Virus record (IMG/VR): IMGVR_UViG_3300009609_000007 | Strand: one strand, 5' to 3' | DNA: 49,990 nt | Origin: a virus | Shown here: one piece after another, positions 45,282-49,990 of the stretch | Numbering within the stretch: position 1 is the first letter of the stretch | How the letters are laid out: the number at the start of each line of letters is the position of its first letter | The notes under the pieces: model-generated | Databases searched by the model: none | The model's input: only the letters and a program-made list of their open reading frames with translations | Told to the model about the DNA's origin: nothing | Made by a program: the position numbers and the translations under genes

Positions 45282-46630
45282 AATTAACCGCCAAGCAAAC
45301 AGAAGCCTACCTACTTGCAACGAGCGGGAAGAAAAAGATAATCTTATACGGTGGCGCAATTCGTGGTGGCAAGACATATTGGTTAATACTCACCTTTGCT
45401 TCACTTTGCAGCAAGTATCCGAAATCGCGCTGGGTAATTGTTAGAGAGTCGCTGCCAACACTTAAACGAACCACGTTTGTTACATTAAACCAAGTAATGG
45501 AGCAAGGCTTAGGGGCTCACGTTATATCTAACAACCGCGACACCAATACCATTACATTTAAAAACGGAAGCCAGATAATATTCATGGCAGAGTCCTTTTC
45601 CGATGACCCAGAGTTAAACCGGTTTCGTGGATTAGAAGTAAATGGAGGCGGCGGAGACGAGCTTAATGAATTGCAGCAAGAAACCTTTTACAAATTAATT
45701 GAACGGGCAGGAAGCTGGAACCAATCAGTACCACAACCACCCATCACTCTCTTGTTTACTTGCAATCCTTCTCAAGGCTGGGTTAAAGAGCAGTTCTATG
45801 ACCGTTATATCAATAACAAGCTGCCTGAGGACTGGGCATACATACCCGCCAAGATAACAGACAATCCTTACACCGACCCAGCATACATCCAGAATCTTAA
45901 AGAGAATATGCCTGCGGACTTGTTTCAGAAGTTCGTTGAGGGAGATTGGGATATTACTAAAGTCATTAATCCATTTGCGTCTGAGTACGATTATCGCGTA
46001 CATGAAGACAGGGCTGTAAGATTCGACCCCTCAAAACAACTTATAATACATTTAGATTTCAACACCAACCCTTTCGCTATTTCGTTTTCACATTGCTGGG
46101 CAGATGCACAAGGCGGAGTGCATGACCACCAATTCGACGAAGCGGAGATATATGATGGCAATATTCCTAAAGGTGTCGCGCTTATTAAGGCACGTTATGC
46201 AAATAAGCTTCGCGATTGTTTGCTGACAGGTGACGCAATTGGTTATTCGCTTAAAGATATGTCGGGCGCAAAAAACCTTTCTTATTACCAGCAGCTTAAA
46301 GAGGGATTAGGATTAATGGAACGCCAAATCGTTACACCAGACTCCAACCCATCGCACCATACAAGTCGTTCAGATGTAAACTACTTACTAAAGCATCATC
46401 CTGACTTTAAAATCAATCCTCTTACCTGTCCACGCACCTGCGCAGATATGAGAACGGTGCAATGCGATTCGCTTGGGCAAATAATTAAAGGCTCAAGGAA
46501 AAACCTTACACGCAGGGCAGACTTCTTGGATACTGTTCGCTACAAAATAAATTCTTTTTGGAAAGAATGGATTATTAAACACCAAAAAGTCGCGGGCATT
46601 AGGCAAGTTATGGAAAATATTTATCAATAA
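45278..46630 (+). CDS. terL: Terminase large subunit
   Basis: Walker A in ILYGGAIRGGKTYW; Walker B-like GGGGDELNE. 450 aa. Confidence 0.75.
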   Translation: MKLTAKQTEAYLLATSGKKKIILYGGAIRGGKTYWLILTFASLCSKYPKSRWVIVRESLPTLKRTTFVTLNQVMEQGLGAHVISNNRDTNTITFKNGSQIIFMAESFSDDPELNRFRGLEVNGGGGDELNELQQETFYKLIERAGSWNQSVPQPPITLLFTCNPSQGWVKEQFYDRYINNKLPEDWAYIPAKITDNPYTDPAYIQNLKENMPADLFQKFVEGDWDITKVINPFASEYDYRVHEDRAVRFDPSKQLIIHLDFNTNPFAISFSHCWADAQGGVHDHQFDEAEIYDGNIPKGVALIKARYANKLRDCLLTGDAIGYSLKDMSGAKNLSYYQQLKEGLGLMERQIVTPDSNPSHHTSRSDVNYLLKHHPDFKINPLTCPRTCADMRTVQCDSLGQIIKGSRKNLTRRADFLDTVRYKINSFWKEWIIKHQKVAGIRQVMENIYQ

Positions 46631-46655
46631 AAGTTGTTTCTAATTAAATTACTTT

Positions 46656-46663
46656 TACTTTTG
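46656..46663 (+). promoter_or_regulatory. -7 promoter box TACTTTTG(C) with a TTG 19 nt upstream
   Basis: TTG at 46634-36. The box ends 5 nt before the ATG at 46669, implying a near-leaderless mRNA. Confidence 0.5.
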
Positions 46664-46668
46664 CGGGC

Positions 46669-47055
46669 ATGAGCTGTAATTGTGAAATCACATTAAAGGT
46701 TCCTAATTGTGATGAGTCTTTTGGTGGCTCAGACTCCATGTCGTTCGAGATTCAAGAACCGTCATATATAACGCCAGGCAGCGGCTCTTATGTTGGTGTA
46801 CTTACCAACCTTGCCACATCCAGAAAAGATTTAGTTGACGTTCAAATCGATGCTCCTGATGGAGTGTTGGTAACGGTACGCGAACCCAATCAAACCAACC
46901 AAGCATTCGCGGCAGGTGTTTTGTACCAGTTGCAAGTGTTTGAATTTAACTCAGACCCAGGTCACAATACACCGTTAGACATGGAAATAGAATTACCCGT
47001 CAACAGCGGAACTATAATCACCACCAAAACCTTGTGTATAATTTTTGAGCCATGA
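46669..47055 (+). CDS. Hypothetical structural protein
   Basis: 128-aa ORF with its own promoter box. Confidence 0.3.
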   Translation: MSCNCEITLKVPNCDESFGGSDSMSFEIQEPSYITPGSGSYVGVLTNLATSRKDLVDVQIDAPDGVLVTVREPNQTNQAFAAGVLYQLQVFEFNSDPGHNTPLDMEIELPVNSGTIITTKTLCIIFEP

Positions 47056-47582
47056 TTTTATACGCACTCCTAACCCTTTCTTTCTTTGTCCTGCTTGCAC
47101 TTGCAAACTCGTTATACATAAAAGGTCTTCACGGAGCTCTTGATTACGAGAACATCCAAGTGATTCTAAAATACAGGGCAACCGTACACCAAGGTGCCGG
47201 ATATATTGTATTAAACGGAAAACAAGAAAATATTTTAGAGTCAAAAGAAGGAGAGCTGTCAGTATTTACAGCAGATTATCCTGAAGTAAAATTTCATAAA
47301 CTGCGGAAGTCAATAATTAAATGGGAGATAATATCCATCAAAGAAATCGTTAATTTAAAACAGTCCAACATCCTTTATCCTATCAAGAAATGGTTCCTAA
47401 GAACGATAGGCGACTGGTGGTCAAAACCTTTTGTCGGTTGCATTTATTGTATGTCATCAATTCATAGTACATACATCTTCTTTCCTGTCTTAGCTGCTCT
47501 GCAATGCGATATCTGGGCTTACTTTGCATATCCTTTATATATTGCCCTAACGTCTGGCATATCTTATCTAATCTACAAATGA
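47052..47582 (+). CDS. Multi-pass membrane protein
   Basis: Hydrophobic N-terminus LYALLTLSFFVLLALA and C-terminal TM segments. Confidence 0.35.
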   Translation: MILYALLTLSFFVLLALANSLYIKGLHGALDYENIQVILKYRATVHQGAGYIVLNGKQENILESKEGELSVFTADYPEVKFHKLRKSIIKWEIISIKEIVNLKQSNILYPIKKWFLRTIGDWWSKPFVGCIYCMSSIHSTYIFFPVLAALQCDIWAYFAYPLYIALTSGISYLIYK

Positions 47583-47776
47583 GCAGCAATAAAGAACAGT
47601 TCCTTTTAATTAATGAGCGTCCTGAAGGAATGCCTTATGAAGAATATAAAAGGCTAAGGAGCCAACAAAAAAAAGCACATAAATTTGCCTACAGGGTATG
47701 GGATAACGCTAAACACGGAACCTATACCGTGAAAAAAGCAGCAGAATTAAAACGTAAAGGAATACCATTTGCATGA
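47579..47776 (+). CDS. Small basic protein
   Basis: ATGA overlap at 47579-82. 65 aa. Confidence 0.3.
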   Translation: MSSNKEQFLLINERPEGMPYEEYKRLRSQQKKAHKFAYRVWDNAKHGTYTVKKAAELKRKGIPFA

Positions 47777-48459
47777 ACCTATTCAAGAAAAAATACAGCC
47801 CAGAGCAATTAGAGAAAATCTACAACGAACACCAAAGCACGTTTGAGGACTTTTACTTTAAGGAGCGACACCGCCCAACCACTCACAAAGAATTAGAACG
47901 CTGCTATGTAGATTTAGCCGGCAAGGTATATTACCGCATTCCTAAGGGCATAGAATTCCCGTTAGAGCGTCATGGCAAGGCAAAACACTTTTTAATGTTA
48001 ATGAAAGCAGGATTGTCGGATACAGAAATCGAAAAGATAATTGCCTCAATGGAGTCTTTGCTACCTCAAATCACGGCAGGAAAGAACGCTGCTAAATTAG
48101 GCTACCTAATCGAAGAGATGCGTCGGCGCAAGGACATTATTCTTCACACCGAATTACTTTATAACTACCAAGCCGTCCACTGGATACGACAGGATGAATC
48201 CATAGATAAATACTCTAATGAGATTCAAATGCAAAAGGTAGACCAATTTAAAAAAGAGGTGGCAGAAAAAGGAGCACGGTTTTTTTTTGCGACAGAGGAG
48301 TTGAAGAGTATATTAGCAAAGCTCAATTGGTCGAACGCCGAGTGGGAGACATATTGGCACGAATCTCTGGTGGAGCAGCGAGCACTGGACGAGACTTTGA
48401 AGATAATTTCATCAAGCAAAGACTCATTCGCGCAGAAAGAGACCTTGAAAAGCAATTAA
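47773..48459 (+). CDS. Tail assembly chaperone (gpG-like)
   Basis: Immediately upstream of the tape measure. Contains a T9 slippery run, and the -1 frame is open beyond its stop. Confidence 0.5.
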   Translation: MNLFKKKYSPEQLEKIYNEHQSTFEDFYFKERHRPTTHKELERCYVDLAGKVYYRIPKGIEFPLERHGKAKHFLMLMKAGLSDTEIEKIIASMESLLPQITAGKNAAKLGYLIEEMRRRKDIILHTELLYNYQAVHWIRQDESIDKYSNEIQMQKVDQFKKEVAEKGARFFFATEELKSILAKLNWSNAEWETYWHESLVEQRALDETLKIISSSKDSFAQKETLKSN

Positions 48460-48584
48460 TGATTCTTGCGAATGGCGACATTTCGCAATATATGTCGATG
48501 AAAAAAATAACGGTAGGCGAATATTTAATTAAATTAGAGTTGCACGTTGAACACTTAGAAGCAATCGAAAATGGCAGCAGATGA
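48252..48584 (+). CDS. -1 frame extension of the chaperone (gpT-like part of a G-T fusion)
   Basis: The -1 frame is open from 48252 to the TGA at 48582-84. Slippery T TTT TTT at 48282-88. Ends 11 nt inside the tape-measure start. Confidence 0.45.
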   Translation, partial: KRGGRKRSTVFFCDRGVEEYISKAQLVERRVGDILARISGGAASTGRDFEDNFIKQRLIRAERDLEKQLMILANGDISQYMSMKKITVGEYLIKLELHVEHLEAIENGSR

Positions 48585-49990
48585 TATCTTAATAAAGATA
48601 CGAGCGCAGATAGACGAATTTCGTTCGCAAGTAAACTCTGCCAAAGAATCATTGCGTGGATTATCTGACCAAGAAAAAGCAACTAACCAGCAGCGCAAGG
48701 CAACGGATGCCGAATTAACCAATGCCGCTAAAAGACGGAAGCAATTAATCCAAGAGGAGACCCAGCAGCTTAAACAGTTTCAGGCGCAACTAAAGACAGC
48801 GTCTTCTGTCAAAGAGATTAAGGAATTAAATTCCGCAATCGCGACATCAAAAACAAACATCGCCACGCTGTCTGGCGAAACAGCAAAGCTAAATTCCGTA
48901 TCCGCGGTCGCACGTGAACAGTTTTTAAGATTAGGTGCCGTATTAGTCGCTGCATTTGGAGTAGAATCGATTATAAGATTCGGTTCAGCATCCGTTAAAT
49001 CATTTCGTGAAGCGGAATCGAGTGCTAAGTTATTACAGACCGCAATCACCAATATCGGTGGTGAAGGAGAAGAGGCATTTAATCGCTTAATTGCACAGGC
49101 TACAAAGTTCCAAGACATTTCCATATTTACGGATGAGCAAATTCAGGGAGCGCAAATCCAGCTCGCCCAATTTGGGTTATTATCTAATGAAATTGAACGA
49201 GCAATTCCTCTTATCGTAGACTTTGCGTCCGCCCAGCGTATAAGCATAGGGCAGGCGACAGATAGTGTAATACAAGGCATCAATGGCGTTACTCGCGGGC
49301 TTCGTCCGTATGGATTAGAGTTTAAAAATACAGGCGATAAAGCGCAAAACTTTGGAATCATATTAGAAAAGCTAAACCGGTTCCAAGGTCAAACTGCCGC
49401 GGTACTCGAAACCTCTGCTGGTCGCGCTGCAAGGTTAGGCAATGTATTTGACGAACTCAAAGAAACAATTGGTGGGCTAATTGAAAGCACTGGAATATTA
49501 AGAGGATTAGGTGTCGCATTTGAAGGCTTAATAAGCATATTTAAGACAGCGGAATCGCTTCGCAAGGAAGGTGCCACAAAAATATTGCAAAATGAAGTAG
49601 AGGGGCTGCAAACTGAAATTGATGCCGCAATTAAAAAAGGCAAGACATTTGAGGAGGCAATAATAGAACAGGAACAAAGAATAACTAACGCCCAAAAGCT
49701 AAGGAGAGAAGAACGAGCAAGGGCAGCGGAAAATGACGATACTGTAGAGCTTAATCGAATTAACGGGCTTCAGCAGTCTTTAAAACTCGAGGCGCAGGCC
49801 TTGCAGCTTATTAAAGAAAAGAATAAAGAGGTAGAGAAAACTACCAAACTCGGTTTAACGGAAGAGGAAAAGTCTAAACAACTCGAAGCCTCACAACGTA
49901 GAAAAGAACAAGCTCTGGAGCGTGAACGCAAACTAATTGAACAAATTCAGCAATTAAGAATTGACGTTGAGCCTGACGAAGCTAAAAAGA
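48571..49990 (+). CDS. Tail tape measure protein, N-terminal part (continues at base 1)
   Basis: My translation: MAADDILIKIRAQIDEFRSQ...KFQDISIFTDEQIQGAQIQLAQFGLLSNEIERAIPLIVDFASAQRISIGQATDSVIQGINGV, a TP901-type TMP core. No stop before the window end. Confidence 0.8.
   Translation, partial: MAADDILIKIRAQIDEFRSQVNSAKESLRGLSDQEKATNQQRKATDAELTNAAKRRKQLIQEETQQLKQFQAQLKTASSVKEIKELNSAIATSKTNIATLSGETAKLNSVSAVAREQFLRLGAVLVAAFGVESIIRFGSASVKSFREAESSAKLLQTAITNIGGEGEEAFNRLIAQATKFQDISIFTDEQIQGAQIQLAQFGLLSNEIERAIPLIVDFASAQRISIGQATDSVIQGINGVTRGLRPYGLEFKNTGDKAQNFGIILEKLNRFQGQTAAVLETSAGRAARLGNVFDELKETIGGLIESTGILRGLGVAFEGLISIFKTAESLRKEGATKILQNEVEGLQTEIDAAIKKGKTFEEAIIEQEQRITNAQKLRREERARAAENDDTVELNRINGLQQSLKLEAQALQLIKEKNKEVEKTTKLGLTEEEKSKQLEASQRRKEQALERERKLIEQIQQLRIDVEPDEAKK
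49868..49990. repeat. Second copy of the 123-nt terminal direct repeat
   Basis: Identical to 1..123. Implies a unit genome length of 49,867 bp. Confidence 0.95.

Noticed and set aside
48327-48584. Independent 85-aa gene starting at TTG 48327
   Set aside because: It overlaps the chaperone gene by 133 nt in the -1 frame, and that frame is open from 48252. It is better explained as the frameshift extension, although a 41-aa ORF from ATG 48459 cannot be excluded.

Overview
The window is a complete, circularly closed tailed-phage genome of about 49,867 bp. Bases 1-123 are identical to 49868-49990, and the tape-measure ORF reads in frame across that junction. All credible genes are on the + strand; the minus-strand ORFs look like antisense shadows. 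The host is probably Bacteroidota: TAnnTTTGC boxes sit in the intergenic gaps, leaders are A-rich (ACACA-ATG) rather than Shine-Dalgarno, and signal peptides are Bacteroidetes-style. Gene order: tape measure, tail and fibre genes (1-8283); a glycosyltransferase/methyltransferase island (8335-12052); putative portal, MuF-like, scaffold, capsid and head-tail genes (12068-20530); a lipoprotein and small membrane proteins that look lysis-related (20854-23629); a strong terminator; recombination genes; QueD-QueE-FolE (26499-28359); a 390-nt non-coding island with a tRNA-like minihelix; an AAA+ ATPase pair; a coupled QueD-like / GT-B / DpdA-like / ParB-like operon (32462-35060); a replication initiator with an iteron region; a 4.3-kb cassette-like region of small ORFs separated by long imperfect palindromes, ending at a Xer-like tyrosine recombinase (36762-41917); then a NinG-like gene, small and large terminase, and tail chaperones with a -1 slippery site. 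The best candidates for something new are (1) the deazaguanine DNA-modification set, which lacks QueC but carries a glycosyltransferase and a Cys-less QueD paralog next to DpdA, and (2) the integron/pdif/PeSL-like palindrome-bounded cassette array next to the recombinase. All functional calls come from motifs I read in the translations. No database search was run.
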